DNA of 64,000 nucleotides from Chrysomallon squamiferum (GCA_012295275.1 CM022673.1:11222001-11286000); one strand, 5' to 3'; positions 1 to 13,623 are shown, counted from the stretch's first letter. Made by a program: numbers and translations. The notes: generated by a model from the letters alone, not told the origin.

Positions 1-1580
1 TTTTATTTTATTTTTATTTGTATTTGTTTGCTGTAACGCCACCTCATTATATTGGCTAAAACGGGGGCGTTGGGTGGGGGCTAAATATTAGTGACACGAA
101 CCAGTTTTTCTTACATTTTATTTACGGCAAGGACATAATTTTCCATAACATTTCCAAAGCCAAGGTAGCAGAACGTTAAGATCCTGGAAAACTGTGACGA
201 ATTTCCAAAACTTTTTTATTATTATTTTTTTTACCCACAGTCTAATATCACATTTTCCCATATGTTTGTTTGATACTATATCTTCCGTATTTTAATTTTA
301 CCTAACATTTTGCCCATGTTCTGATTTTACATCACATATTCTGTTATCTAATATTACATCAAATATCCCATATTCGGCCTATTATTTTCCCATCATATTT
401 TCCTTTAGTTATATTTATCTTCCAGCAAAACTGAAAAGTGAACATTCTATTCTTTTTCTGTCGAATGAATATTTAATTCCATCTTGTTCAAAAATTCATA
501 AAATTTGTATATGAACTTGCTGTATAAAAAGTTATCAAAGTATTTACAAAATTTTAAAAAGCCACTCAGATAAATAAATTAATCAATCGTATATTTAAAC
601 AATAAGGTATACCTAAAGCTGATACCCAAAATAAATTATAATAAACCACAACAAATAAGAATGTAGAAAATAAAACAAATATTCCTTAAAAATAACAACA
701 AATTTACAACTATAAAAAAAAAAAATTTAAAAATACACTGTACAAAGAGTAGATCATCACTAATCAGAAACATTTGTTAATGGATTTTGTTATTTGTTCT
801 AGGGCCAGTTCTTTGCTAATAATAAAGCTATATTTTCTAATCAATGTTTGTTGAGTTTCCATTCCATGTTGGTCAGGAAAATAGGTTTCCTATAAATACT
901 GTAGCCATTGAAATAATTTGACCTGGGACCAGGTTGTTGTTTTTTAAATAAAATTCAAAGCAAAATGTTTTGTTTTTATGTAATTTTTATTTTAATCAAA
1001 GCGTAACAAAAATGAAGGCAATGAGATGATTATAGTCTATAGATATTTCAACAACACAACTGCTTTTTGATGACCGATCCTGTATTACATTTAGGACTGA
1101 CGTTTATTCATTTTATCTCTTTTAAACAATTAATTTCAATATATTATCCTGAAAAATACATATTTGTCTTTAATTAAAAACCTTAGACAATTCACCTTTT
1201 GTATTATTTTGTGTGTATTAAGTAATATTTACAAAGGGGTATGGTAATATAAATATGTTTCATGATCAATTTATTTATTACTTAAAATATAAATAAAGAG
1301 AATGATCTATTCATATAAAAAAATATATATATAAAAAATTAGATAATATTAAGAAAAGTTAAATGATAATAAAGGATAATGGCAGCAAGCTTGAAAATCT
1401 CTAGACCTTTTACAAAAAGCAAATACTGAATTTAGTTTACAAATAAAACAACTACATGTACTCTGAAATGCAGAAAGCTGATTTGGTCCCAAAAAGACAG
1501 AATATCTTTAAATGTTATTATATTCATGATTAAAAAACACAAACAACAACGTAAGTCTGATATGATTTGCATCATCATAA

Positions 1581-1656
1581 TGATGGGTTCTGGATTTGAA
1601 CCAAAATACTCTGGCATGGAAAGCCAATGCTCTTTACCAAATTGAGCTAACCCATC
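1581..1656 (-). tRNA. tRNA-like cloverleaf, anticodon TCC (Gly), atypical sequence; tRNA gene, pseudogene or SINE head
   Basis: Minus strand reads GATGGGT TA GCTC AATTTGGTAAA GAGC A TTGGC TTTCCAT GCCAG AGTAT TTTGG TTCAAAT CCAGA ACCCATC A. It has a 7-bp acceptor stem, 4-bp D stem, 5-bp anticodon and T stems, A box TAGCTCAATTTGG and B box GGTTCAAATCC. Confidence 0.65.
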
Positions 1657-2274
1657 TGTACTCAATTTCTGATCAAATGCAAATCAATTCAGTTCCATTA
1701 TTGATAATTTACAAGTATCAGGATTTCCACCAGCACATCAATCAGTTTTTATCTGAAAGTATACCTCTTTATTTATTTATAAATTATCATATTCAAATCT
1801 GAACATCTGTACTATCTACTCTTGATAAAATGGTTAAAATCTAGACAAATAAATTGTAAAAAATTGGTTATAAATTTTTTCAAATGAATGTGATATTTGG
1901 AAAGCTGTTTCAAACAACAGAAATGCTCAGTGAAAATCATTTTGTTTTATTTTGATCAGTTCTGTTTCTAAAGTTTTATTTCAGGCCAGTGAAGTGTGTA
2001 AATCCGTACAAATGAATACAGTATACATTCAGAAGAGAAAGTTAGACATCACTAAAAATGTGCAGTTAAAATTAGATAAATATATATGAATGCAAATGTT
2101 CACCAGTACATCAACAAATATAGTAATAAAACTGGGAATGAATTTTAAAAAGTTAAAAAACATACACAGCACATCTGTTGCAAGCAAGTTAAATAAAACC
2201 CACCACCATTTAAGTGAAGAAATAAAATGTTCAAGTATTAATGTTCGTTTAAACTTTCTCATTTCCTTTGTTAG

Positions 2275-5200
2275 TCACATGATTTCATTGAAAATGGGCA
2301 ATGTATTTTGTACTTTTTCTGGTTCCACTTTATCACGAAGTTCATATGGCTGGTTTCCGTGTTTTCCTTTCAGTTTATTCCTCAGTTTATTTCTTATCAT
2401 TTTTCCTGTTGTGGACTCTTCGTCAGGCCATTTACTTCCCAGGGATGACTTCAACTGGCTGAAATCAGGACTGTTACCATCTCCTTGACAGGCAGGAGAC
2501 CCAACAACTGTTGGCAGCTGTTTTTGTCCTATTGAAGAAAAAATAAAAATAATAATAACTTCTGTTCAGTTTTAACTGGAAATGTTGATGGTATTACAAA
2601 GATGCCCACTTCAGATTCTCCAAAGGAATCAGAGATTAAACATTGGTTGCAATGTTCTGAGAACATGTATAAGAGGTAAGAAACCTGCCTCCCCCCCATG
2701 AAGGATAACAGATGTCATATTTGGTTCTTAAAAGTGAATTCAGCTCTGTGACCATTATCCAATGTTTCAGAAATAAACATTTAAACCCATCAAGTTTTGT
2801 GTTCTCTGTCTAGAATGAAATACTGCTACAGTAATTCTGAGAATCAAATTACATATAATGTAACAAAATAAAATAAAAAATACAAATACTTGTAAACAAA
2901 TAGCATTAGTACAGGTTTGTGTTCAAACAAAAGCATGCAATGTTAACATTAAAAAAAAAATTAATTAAAAAAAGACAATAATTATGTATAATTCAAGATT
3001 CCATATAAATATCAGAAACAAACCTTTAAGTTTAATGTAGTCCAAAGCCTGAGCAGCAGACCAACGGATGTTAGCATCTCCTTCTAAAGTGTTCTCCAGG
3101 AGAGTTCTGATGACTTCTGGCCAATTACTTTTGATAGCATGTTTTTTAACCAAGTTTGGATCTCTAGCAACCTTTGAAATAATGTTGAATCATTAAACAG
3201 ATGAAAACTAATGAATCTGAACAGAATCAAAATTATTTAAGCATAAAAAAAATAAAAACAAAAAATGTTTTTATTATAGATAATATAAGTTAATTAAAGT
3301 AACATATTCTCAAAATGAACATTATTATCATTATGGTTATTAAACAATGACAAAATTCAATGAATCCCATATTCAATTTAATTTATAATCTAATTTCTAA
3401 ATATTATTAAGTTTTCAGCAGTTTGTAAACTTACATAAAAAAGAATCAGTGATCGCCTCTCCATGTATTTCTGTTGATCTTTTCTTTCTTCTTCACTCAT
3501 TAAAAATATGATGATTAACTGCTGCACAATGTGGTAGCTACTCATCATAAATGCAACTGTAAGGCCAAAGCTGTATGTATCTGCTTTTTCAGACAACTGC
3601 ACTTTCTTTTCTCCCTTTTGCAATTTTTCTTCAAGTGCCAAAATACAAGCCTCTGGACTCATGTACTCTGGTGTCCAGCCACTAAAGCTTATAGGATCTT
3701 GTGGGGTTTTCACAGAGCCAAAATCTGTGATTTTAAGTATAAGCTCAGGTTTTATTAAAATACAGATGTTTTCAGCTGAAAAAAAAGAAAGAAATAAAAT
3801 AAAATAAAATAAAAAATTCATGATATTCAGGGTTTTTTTCTATGGAATGGAATAAACATTTTAAATTATTTTTTATTTTATTATTTATTTTAACTACGAA
3901 TGAAGTTTTTTTAGACTGTATATATATTTTCATCTTTTGATGCTGGATGTGTCCAAGTTATTTTACCATTACTAAAAATATTCACATTAAGTATGATTGT
4001 TATTCATAGATCACATCAGCTTAAATCAGCATCTGATCAAAATCAGTTCTTTAAATCTACAGAGTATTAACGTACAATGAAACATGGTTCACACAAAAAA
4101 CTTCAAGAGAAATTTACTAATGAAGATCATAATTACGATAATTATATTTTTAAAGATTTGTATTCACTTTTAAACATTTTCTTGAAATTTAAAAATAATT
4201 AAGTACTTAATATTGGACTTTCATATGTATTTTTTGAGAATCATGAAAAAAAAGAAGATTTATACAGGTAAATTATTAGCAGAAGAAACTGAACAGAATG
4301 TGCAATATATTCAAAAAAGCAATAATACTAACAACAACAACAACAACAATAATAAAAACTTCATATGTAAGAAAATAATTAAATATTAACAAAAAAAACA
4401 TTGTTCTCACGTTTAATGTCCAAATGCCAGATGCCATACTGGTGCATGTATTTGAGGGCAGCGCATCCTTGCAAACATATTTCCAGAATGTTGGTCAAAT
4501 CTGAAATCTCCTGAAATGTACCACTCTCCATCAGTTTTTTCAGAGAAGGTCCTGGAAAATAAATTTAGCATCATTTTTGTAATTTGTTTTTTAATTCAAA
4601 AACAAATGAAGTTTTGTGTCATTATTCACTTTGAATATTTACCGAAACTTCACTCATTAAAACATGTCAAAATTGCTTAAACTTCTGGCAAAAGTGTGGT
4701 GATCAAAATTCAATTTTGTTTTCCTTAATCAAAACATTACTGAATTATGTTCACTTGAGAGACATTAAATTGTAAATCTGAAGAAAGAAAAAAACGTATG
4801 CTCTATTGCCAAAAACATTTTCAAAAATTCTCACTCGTACACCATAAATGCTAGTAAAAGAGAACAGATCAAAATATGTAACTTTATGCAGAACGTTTTT
4901 TGTGTTGTATTTGCCCTACTTTACCTGGACTTAAGTGGAAACCTGTTTGTGTCTATGTATTTTTTTTTTACATTTACCACATATAGGTCAGTGTAACTTT
5001 CATTACTGAAGTCAGCAAATTTGACAAACTGCACCGCAGAAATATTTAGCTTCAATATGTTTTTATGTTAACAAATTATAATGAATCTTACCACTTTATT
5101 TCAAAATACAAACAAACCTGCATATTCCATCAGAATCTCTGGTATTTCATTGTCAACAACGAAACCCAGAAACTTTGTAATGTTTGGATGATCCAGCTGC

Positions 5201-7438
5201 ATTAGTATGTCAACTTCCTTGCGATGGAATCTATCTATGATCTAAAAATTAAATAAATAAAAAAACATTGCCTTAATAATTGATTACAGTATATTCATAT
5301 ATACCATCAGGACGACTAAATGGTTGACATCTGCTGTGGCTTGTTTTGTTTTGTTTGCTGGTTGGAATTTATAGAAAATATTTGGAATTCCTTTGTAGGA
5401 TATTCAAACATACAATGAAAGTATTTTTACTTCAAAACCACAAAAAATGTGTATTTGCATAAGTGCTAAGGATGAGACTATGAAGCCAAGACTTTAAAAA
5501 AAAAAAACACAAGAGAGAAAGATGCAACAACATTTAAACTCTGTATTAAAACTATTTCTCCAGTGATTTCATTATGTCCATTAGAAACAGAATACTGATT
5601 GTGTGTATATATTGTTGAAGAACTGATTATTTCATAATTTGAAAATGTAATTTATATATAACTTTGAATTATACTTTCATTCTTTAGAAGCTTGAAGTAT
5701 CAGTTTCTCACAAAATATTAATAGCTCTATGTTCAGGATTTGTTTATGTACAAAAAAAAAGAAGCCAACCTTTTTGATGACAAAATCCTTTTTTGTTACC
5801 AAATGTTTATAGGAACAAACAATACCAAAACTGCCTCCTCCAAGTTTTTCTTCCAGTGTGTATTGTTCATTCTCATTTAGCTGATTTAAACTTGATGGAT
5901 GGATTGACTACAAGAAAAATGGTGTTTGTCATTTATTTTGAACTTGTCATCAAAATGTTTAGCTAGTGCCATCTTATGACTCAGTTCTACATGTAAAACA
6001 CATGTATTAATATGGCCAAATAGTGAAAATGTAATTTACAAGTATATTTTCAATATTTTCAAGTTACTGTATTCAATAATAATAAAATAACACTGTCTCT
6101 TTTACTGTGGTAACATTTTCAACATTTGCTGTATTCTCTTTACATTTCTCTACACTTGAGTCTTCAGTTATGAGACAAAGAATAGTATTTGAAAAAATAA
6201 AAAATAAAAATATCTTGAATCCTCACAAACTTGTTATTTTACTGTCAAACTTCATTACCAGCAAATAAGCTATGCCACAAATGAAAGAATAATTTTGAAG
6301 AATTTTTTTTTTTTTTTTTTTTCTGTTTAGTCATACTGCTGTGCATACAGTAACATGAATAAGGTCAACAAAGTAAACATTACCCTTTCAATGATTACTC
6401 CAGTCTTTCCTTTGAAATGTAGATCTGAACACAGCAAGTCTTCCACTGCACTTTTTGAAGCCAAAACAACACATCTAAAAATAAATAAATAAATAAAAAT
6501 AAACAATTCTGGTAAATTTCTGAATTTTATATAATCACCTCATTCATATAAATTATATTTATTCTTTTTTTTCTCACTTTATTATTATTTTTTGTATATT
6601 AGTATAAGCCTTCAACAGTAGTCTGTGACTTTAATATTTGTCAAGTCATGGGTTAGCTTACGTTGATTCCAACATTAAGGTAAGTCTATCAAACCAAACT
6701 AAATAAAATACATTTATTGTTATCTCTTTGCTATATTGTTTTAATCTCAAAAACTATTAGTGCATTTAATATTATAAATGATATCAGATCTTACCCAGGT
6801 ACAAATCTGTTCTTTATCTTGAGTTTAGAATTGTTTTGGGCATCATTCAGATCATCACGTCTATAAACAACCTGCTGGTTTTTGAGACGATTTTTTGATA
6901 AAGAAGTGAGATCGACATCCTCAGGAATCTTTTTGTGTTTTCCAAGTTGTATTTCTTCTGCAATTCGATGATTGAAAACATTGATAATTTTAAAACACAT
7001 TTAATATCCATTAAAATGTTTTAAATATATTTTTATGAAATAAAAATCACTTTAAAAAAAACACACACACACAAACAAACAAACAAAAAAATAATGTTAC
7101 AGTCATCTCCAACATTATACTTCATTCTAACATCAACATTGTCACAACCTTACTGACAATGTATGTTTTAAAATTTTATCACTTTGTAAAAACCATTCAT
7201 TTCTTTTCAGATAATTATCCTGCTGAATGAGTATTGTTTAACAGAGAAATCATTTTATAGTTTCAAACTTTCTCTTTTGTACTTACTCTTATTTCAGTTT
7301 GTTATTATATTTTTTATATATTAGAGTTCTTAAAAAAAGAGAAAACTTACTTTCATGTTGGATGAAAATCTGATTTGCTGATCCTGATGGTACTACTGTA
7401 TAATCACGACCAGTACTTTGGTCCACGGGACGAAACAT
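2275..7438 (-). CDS. Ser/Thr protein kinase, MAP3K14(NIK)/MAP3K8-like, non-RD
   Basis: Phase-consistent exons (-): 7438-7351, 6957-6795, 6474-6384, 5907-5770, 5241-5118, 4551-4411, 3775-3435, 3171-3024, 2528-2275 (TGA). Motifs LGGGSFG, FVIKK, EVDIL..LDHPNI, LMEYAG, HLDIKPEN, ITDFG, TPEYMSPE, KADTYSFG, RWSAAQAL. The pre-kinase GVII..E.Y segment resembles the NIK N-terminal extension. The start codon is uncertain and upstream exons are possible. Confidence 0.88.
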
Positions 7439-7913
7439 TACTGATGTATTTTGTTTCCTGCTAAAAGAAAATAAACATCTTTAACAGAAAATAAACATTT
7501 TTAACAGAAAATAAACATTTACACATTTTTTCAGTTACAAGACATGATTTGAAAGATGCAGTAAATTAAGAGAATATGTATAAGCCAGTTTATAATTTCT
7601 TAAGAAAAAAATAATTAAATATTTCTGTATAATAAATTACAAAAACTATATTTACCAAGAAACAGCTTTTTTAACAATTTAGTATAGCCTAGTAAGTTGC
7701 CGTGAAAATTTCTAATAAATTATTATACATTAAAAAACAACAAAAAAGTACTTTTCACTTCCAAAACTAATGTTATTTATTATTATTATGTTGTTGTTTT
7801 ATTACATACATGATACTAGTGTACATTATTTTACCATCTTAGTTTCTCAGTGTTAAATCTGAAAGACAGTGAGTGATTAATAATATTAATTTGCTGGGAC
7901 TAGATTTTGTCAT

Positions 7914-8203
7914 CTTAATCAGTTAATGATCTTTTCTTTCTTGTTAAACTTCTCCTTGGCGTAAAGTGACTAACCTGACTAAGTGTAGCAATGTTGGATG
8001 TCCTCCAGTTTTTAGACATTATAATTATAAAATATATATATCATAATCATTATGATTATATGAAATAATAAAGAAATGAAAATCGAAATCTGAAAATGGC
8101 CGAATCGGGAATCACCATTCTTCTAAAATTTCATATTATCATTTCCTCCTGCATCAGAGCATGTATATATCTTCCGATTTTTGTTCCTTTTTCTATCTTA
8201 TTA

Positions 8204-8243
<40 letters not shown>

Positions 8244-8598
8244 GTAATTTTTAAACTATACTATATATATTTTTGACGTTTTAAGTTAAGGGCAGAGGGA
8301 CAAAAAAGATCATTAACTGATTAAGTGGGGATTCCCCTATACTCCATATTGAAAAAAATTTTTATTCGTTTTTAAATACGAAACATTTGATCGATCAAGA
8401 TGAAAAAAAAATAAAATCACACGTTTGATATAGAATAGGTAGCGTAGATTAGAAAAATATACCAAGAAAAAAATGCTAACCTTAATATCGACCATATATA
8501 TCTTCCGATTTTGTTCCTTTTTTCTATCTTATTAAATTAAAAATAATAATAATAATAATAATAATAAATGCGACTTATACTATATATACTTTTTGACG
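7914..8598. repeat. 22-bp perfect inverted repeat (7914-7935 / 8304-8325) interleaved with a ~110-bp direct repeat (8164-8278 / 8495-8598)
   Basis: cttaatcagttaatgatctttt versus aaaagatcattaactgattaag; tatatatcttccgatttt..gttcctttttctatcttattaaat(aat)n..tttttgacg occurs twice. Confidence 0.8.
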
Positions 8599-8670
8599 AG
8601 ACCACCACTTCTCGTTCCATGATTTTTTCTTTCCTACATCCCACTTCTAAGGTCCGCTAATCTTCCGGTT

Positions 8671-8674
<4 letters not shown>

Positions 8675-8762
<88 letters not shown>

Positions 8763-9023
8763 TCTCTGTCTCTCTCTGTCTCTCTCTCTCTCTGTCTGTC
8801 TGTCTCTGTCTCTCTCTGTATCACTCTGTCTCTCTCTATCTCACACACACATATGCACACATACAAACACAACACATATACTGATGGTATAGTATACTAA
8901 TATAGTATACTAATGCGCGTACATACATAAATACAAAAAGTTGAACACGACTTCTTCTACTACTATTACTACTACTGCTTATGCTGCTGCTGCTACTGCT
9001 ACTGCTACTGCTGCTACTACTAC

Positions 9024-9058
<35 letters not shown>

Positions 9059-9060
9059 AA
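8675..9060. repeat. Microsatellite cluster (CT)n, (CA)n, (CTA/CTG)n, (TAAA)n
   Basis: Directly visible; it explains the spurious ERER ORF at 8657-8875. Confidence 0.95.
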
Positions 9061-9271
9061 AAAAAAAGGCCATAATATATCTCTGCTGTTACGGACTTAG
9101 AAAAGGAGGAACTTAGGACAAACACAGATATGTTGTTACATGCGCGTTTATTACGTCAAACATTGTAAATACATGTTGTTATTACATACAGTCAAACAAA
9201 ATAAATATAACTGTATATATAGATCTATATTTTTCAAGAAAAACAAACCACCACAACATTTATAAAATAGG

Positions 9272-12203
9272 ATGACGTTTTATAGAGGATTTCTTTCTGG
9301 AACTGTTGTATCAGTAATTTGTTATTTTGTTTATAATTATAATAGTAATACATTAAAAGACGATAACGCAACCAATTACCATAAAACTGAAAACAATGAA
9401 ACGGCTCCTGTCCTAGGTATCAGACATTTTCAGTTATTTCACCACAGTTTCGGGGTAAAAAGTGTTTGAAATTTTGTTACATGGGAATAACACCATTTGG
9501 CATTTATTATTTTATAATAATTTCATTGGTTCCACTGCAGTTGTGTAATTTATTTTCTATTATTGCAGAAGATATAAGAATACTTGAAAAAAGAAGAAAG
9601 ACTTTGAAATATGGATTACCAGAGTATGGTCCACGTTTAATATACTATAATGATCATATTGTAGCATATGATTATGCAAAGAAGATACCAGTCTGGGTAG
9701 CAGAACACATTACTCAAAAACATCTGCATGGTTTGTATGAAATAAACAAATGTTTAATAACACCTCAGCATATTATTAATTAATAAGTGTTAAATATACA
9801 TTTCACAAACACACACACACTCTCTCACACATGCATACACACCATATACACACACACACCCTGTACATGCACAAACACAAATGTACACACACGCACACAT
9901 GCATAGATACAGTAAACCAGTATCATTTCTTTATGGGCTACTATTATTGATTTGTCGTAAGAATGTATTCATATGCTTTTCATTATAAATATGAAAGTAG
10001 ACATGATATAGCACTCTAATAAACCATTCCTTGTGCATTGGTTGGAACATGAAATAGATGTGCCCAGTAGGACCGATACTGAACCTAGCATACAGGTGAC
10101 TAAGTGTTTTATGCATGGAGAACAAGAAATCACTGATTGAAAAACAGTGTAATTTATCTGACAAGCCTGGAACCAAATTTTACCTGAATTCCTATTAGTT
10201 TTTCTCCAGATTTCTGAATCAATACATAATTAAAATATACACTTAAAGTATTAAAAAAGCAGTGAAATTAAACTGATAGCCAAATAAATGATTTGGTACC
10301 AGTACTTATTCTTAAGTTTATTATATTTATAATTTCCAATGCCTGCTAAAATATATGTGTATTTCTTGAGAATATGAATTTTTTTTAAATTACATTTTTC
10401 ATAATGTCTGTCACATATTTAGGTAACCCTAAGTTTGGTTTAGAAGGATAGTTCCAGTGTATTTTTCTTCTTGTGAACTCAAAATGTTAATAATTCTTAT
10501 AGCTGGTAGCATTCCACAATGAATGATATGTTTTTTTTTTTTTTTATTATTTTTTGTCTTTATTTTAAGGCAATGCAAACAGAAAAAAGTCTAAATTTAA
10601 CCCAGATCCAAATATACCAGAGAAATTCTCTGCTAGAAATGAAGATTATTATGGAAGTGGATGGTCACGAGGTCACATGGCCCCAGCTGGTAATTACAAG
10701 TATAACCAGGTATTTCTACCATCAAGCTTTTCTTATAAATAAATGGTCAGATAAACAGTTATATATTTATAATAACTGTTATTTTTTTTAATAATATGTC
10801 ATTATTATTAATAAATTATGACAATAATGTAATAAATTTACAGAACATCAGAAAAGTGCCATTTTACCTGCATACGTGGTGGACTTGTAACTGCATTTTT
10901 GGCGGGGTTTTTTCTGACAATTCTAGAAGTGACTACAAAAACAAAAAAGTGAAGACCCCATTATATTTTGTTCCATATGCTTCTGTTGTTATGCTTCATT
11001 GTTAAGACTTGATGGCAATTAAAGAAGTCACTTCAGTTGTGTAATGTTAATGGGAGAGGAAACGTGTGTCATATTCTCTTTATGACTCAGTAGTACAGGT
11101 TGAACATCTCTTCTCTGAAAATCTGCAATCCGAAACTTTCTGATCAGGACATATAGTGATATCACAAATTTTGGATTGTTTTCCATACATAAACTTTATT
11201 TTGTGCACAAAATTATAAAAAAATCCTGTATAATCTGCATATGAAACATAAATAGAGTTTAATCTTTTCTGTCCTTATATTCTATAATCTGAAAAAGACC
11301 CATATCTGAAACACCAGTGCCATGCATTTTGGATAAATGATTGTCAGCTTGTAATAAAATTTTAAAATCTATCATCCACCTTCCCATAAACAGGAAAGAA
11401 TAGACTTCTTTCTAAGTAACTGACTTATTCTTCTCTCTGTTACTAACACAGGAAATAATCATCATTATAATGATTTTTAATTAATATTTGTTCTATTAAT
11501 TCAATTTCTTCTTGTATCAAATTTAGTTTTTATTGAATAAATAAATCAAACTTTACTTCAGAAATCTATGGATGATACATTTTTGCTGACAAATGTTGTT
11601 CCTCAAGATTTTAAGAATAATGCTGGTTTCTGGAACAGATTTGAAATGTACTGCCGAGATTTAACAAAAATGTTTGATGACATCAGAATATTTTCTGGTC
11701 CACTGATACTCCCAGATTTCAATGAAGATGGAAAACTGTACGTGACATATCCAGTAAGAAATTCTTTCTTACATACCTCTAGTAACGCAAACCTAATGAC
11801 AAATGATGTTTTATGTTTATTTGGAGATCAACCTTTGCTAAAATAAAGTTTACAGTAGCATCATAAGTTCAAGGCAGTTCATTGAATTGATTTTTTACTT
11901 TTTTGTGAGTATATGTATGGTTTTAATATCTTTCACGAAGATAAAGGATGGATTAATAAATGTGGCAGTTTTTACTTCTGTTCACTGATAATAAAGGTTA
12001 AATTGCAAGATTTAAATTTTTCCTTAATAATATGTTTTCAAGAAAGAAGGGAATATTTTAATATCTCTACTGATGTATTTATAGCAAAGATTTATTGGAA
12101 TAATAAAAAAAACCCCTTAAAACTCATTAAAAAAAAATAATAAAAAAAGGAAAACAATGTGATTTTCAATCTTTTATTTCTAAATCTCTAATAAAAAAAA
12201 AAA

Positions 12204-12243
<40 letters not shown>

Positions 12244-12723
12244 ACCAAATCTGTTAAATTTGTGTCTAATTCTTTTTGGCAGGTTATTGGTGAAAGTCAA
12301 ATTTCTGTTCCAACACATCTCTATAAGGTGATCATTGCAGAAAGCTCAAAATTCAACCAGAAACTTATAGGAGCTTTCATAGTACCAAATGAACCTATAG
12401 GAGTTGAACATGATCTTGCAGAGTATCAAGTCAAACTCGAGGACCTAGAGATGACATCGGGGATTGTGTTTTTACCAAACTTACCAGAATCCGCTGAATG
12501 TGTTGATCTCTGTAAAGCTCACAACTGTCGCCTCATGTCAAAAAAAGAGTTTGAGCTTTTCATTCTCGGACATCGCTTACAAAACGCTGCAAATTTTAAC
12601 CAAGTGCAAAAAATATGGAATGAGTTGAAAAAGAAAGAATTAGAACCAGATCCGTATTTGACTGATTTGTACAGAAAGAAAATCAGTGAATTTGAAGACA
12701 TGGCAGTCAGAGATGAATTTTAG
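9272..12723 (+). CDS. EXOG: Nuclease EXOG, mitochondrial (EndoG-like)
   Basis: Exons 9272-9416, 9569-9730, 10570-10709, 11562-11753, 12283-12723. N-terminal hydrophobic anchor, KIPVWVAEH, GSGWSRGHMAPAG (SRGH is EXOG-type, not the DRGH of EndoG), TNVVPQDFKNNAGFWNRFE, VPTHLYKVI, and a C-terminal wing-like extension. Confidence 0.95.
10017..10115 (-). mobile_element. Degenerate tRNA-derived SINE fragment (copy 1)
   Basis: Shares taataaaccattcc.tgtgcattggttggaaca.gaaatag.tgtgc...ctgaacc.agcata..tgact.a.tgttttatgc with 13336-13431; B-box-like GGTTCAG on the minus strand. Confidence 0.6.
11096..11351. mobile_element. Tigger/pogo-type MITE resembling MER2
   Basis: TA|CAGGTTGAAC...GTCAGCTTG|TA (TA target duplication, degenerate TIRs). 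Internal blocks aaacttt.ttt..tgcacaaaattat.aaaa, atatgaaacataaat, atctgaaacac and gcattttggataa match the MER2 consensus as I remember it. Confidence 0.7.
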
Positions 12724-13335
12724 GAACAATGGCTGTGATTTTTTATCTTTTTTAAATAGGATATAATGGTCAGAATATTACTAGGTGGTGGAAGACAATT
12801 ACTTTCCAGCTACTGTAGGAAATATGCAAAACTGGTGGTTTGTAGCATCTTTTTTATCCTCAGCTTACAATTATTTTTACAGTTTAGCTTTCGATGACCG
12901 GGAGGGGAGGGGTCTGGCAATCTCACCCAGATGATCTCACCATGGTGCTAAGTCGCAGAAGTTAGCTTTGATCGACATTTGAAAATCAGACTATAGCTCC
13001 TAATTTTTGCTTCACTTTCAGTGTTAATTACTGAAAAACATTATTTTGTTTTAATTCAAACAAACCAAGTAATAAAAATAAAGTCGAGAAATATACTTGG
13101 ACATATTATTACGTCCAGCAACAAAACGTCCATAACATGAGTATGAATGCAACAGAAAAGTACAAGATAAAAATACAGCTAAGAAATCACAAGTGTATAC
13201 TATATCAGTATATGCATCTAATTCATTGTTTTTGAATATGAAATTGTTATAACATTAATTCAGCATGCAGGATGCTAGTGAGTTATTACAGTTGCATTCT
13301 ACATTATAGCTTCTTAGCTATATGTTAGAGAACTT

Positions 13336-13431
13336 TAATAAACCATTCCATGTGCATTGGTTGGAACAGGAAATAGGTGTGCACAAATGGACTGATTCTG
13401 AACCCAGCATACTTTGACTGAATGTTTTATG
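13336..13431 (-). mobile_element. Degenerate tRNA-derived SINE fragment (copy 2)
   Basis: Dispersed repeat homologous to 10017-10115. Confidence 0.6.
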
Positions 13432-13503
13432 CCAAGTTTAGTCTTTGAAGAAGATAGATAATCTTGTCCTTTGTTTAACATAAAACCCAGTTATCTATGA
13501 AAC

Positions 13504-13537
13504 TGTGTGTGTATGTATGTATGTATGTGTGTGTATG

Positions 13538-13623
<86 letters not shown>

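Noticed and set aside
765-890. Short minus-strand open segment after a tatag acceptor (ETYFPDQHGM...KCF-stop)
   Set aside because: No recognisable homology and no compatible upstream exon; the kinase already ends at 2275
8657-8875. ERER-, YIYI-, KKKK- and NNN-rich ORFs here and at 13495-13708, 16949-17249, 40045-40534, 42510-42719 and 55197-55403
   Set aside because: Translations of microsatellites and homopolymers
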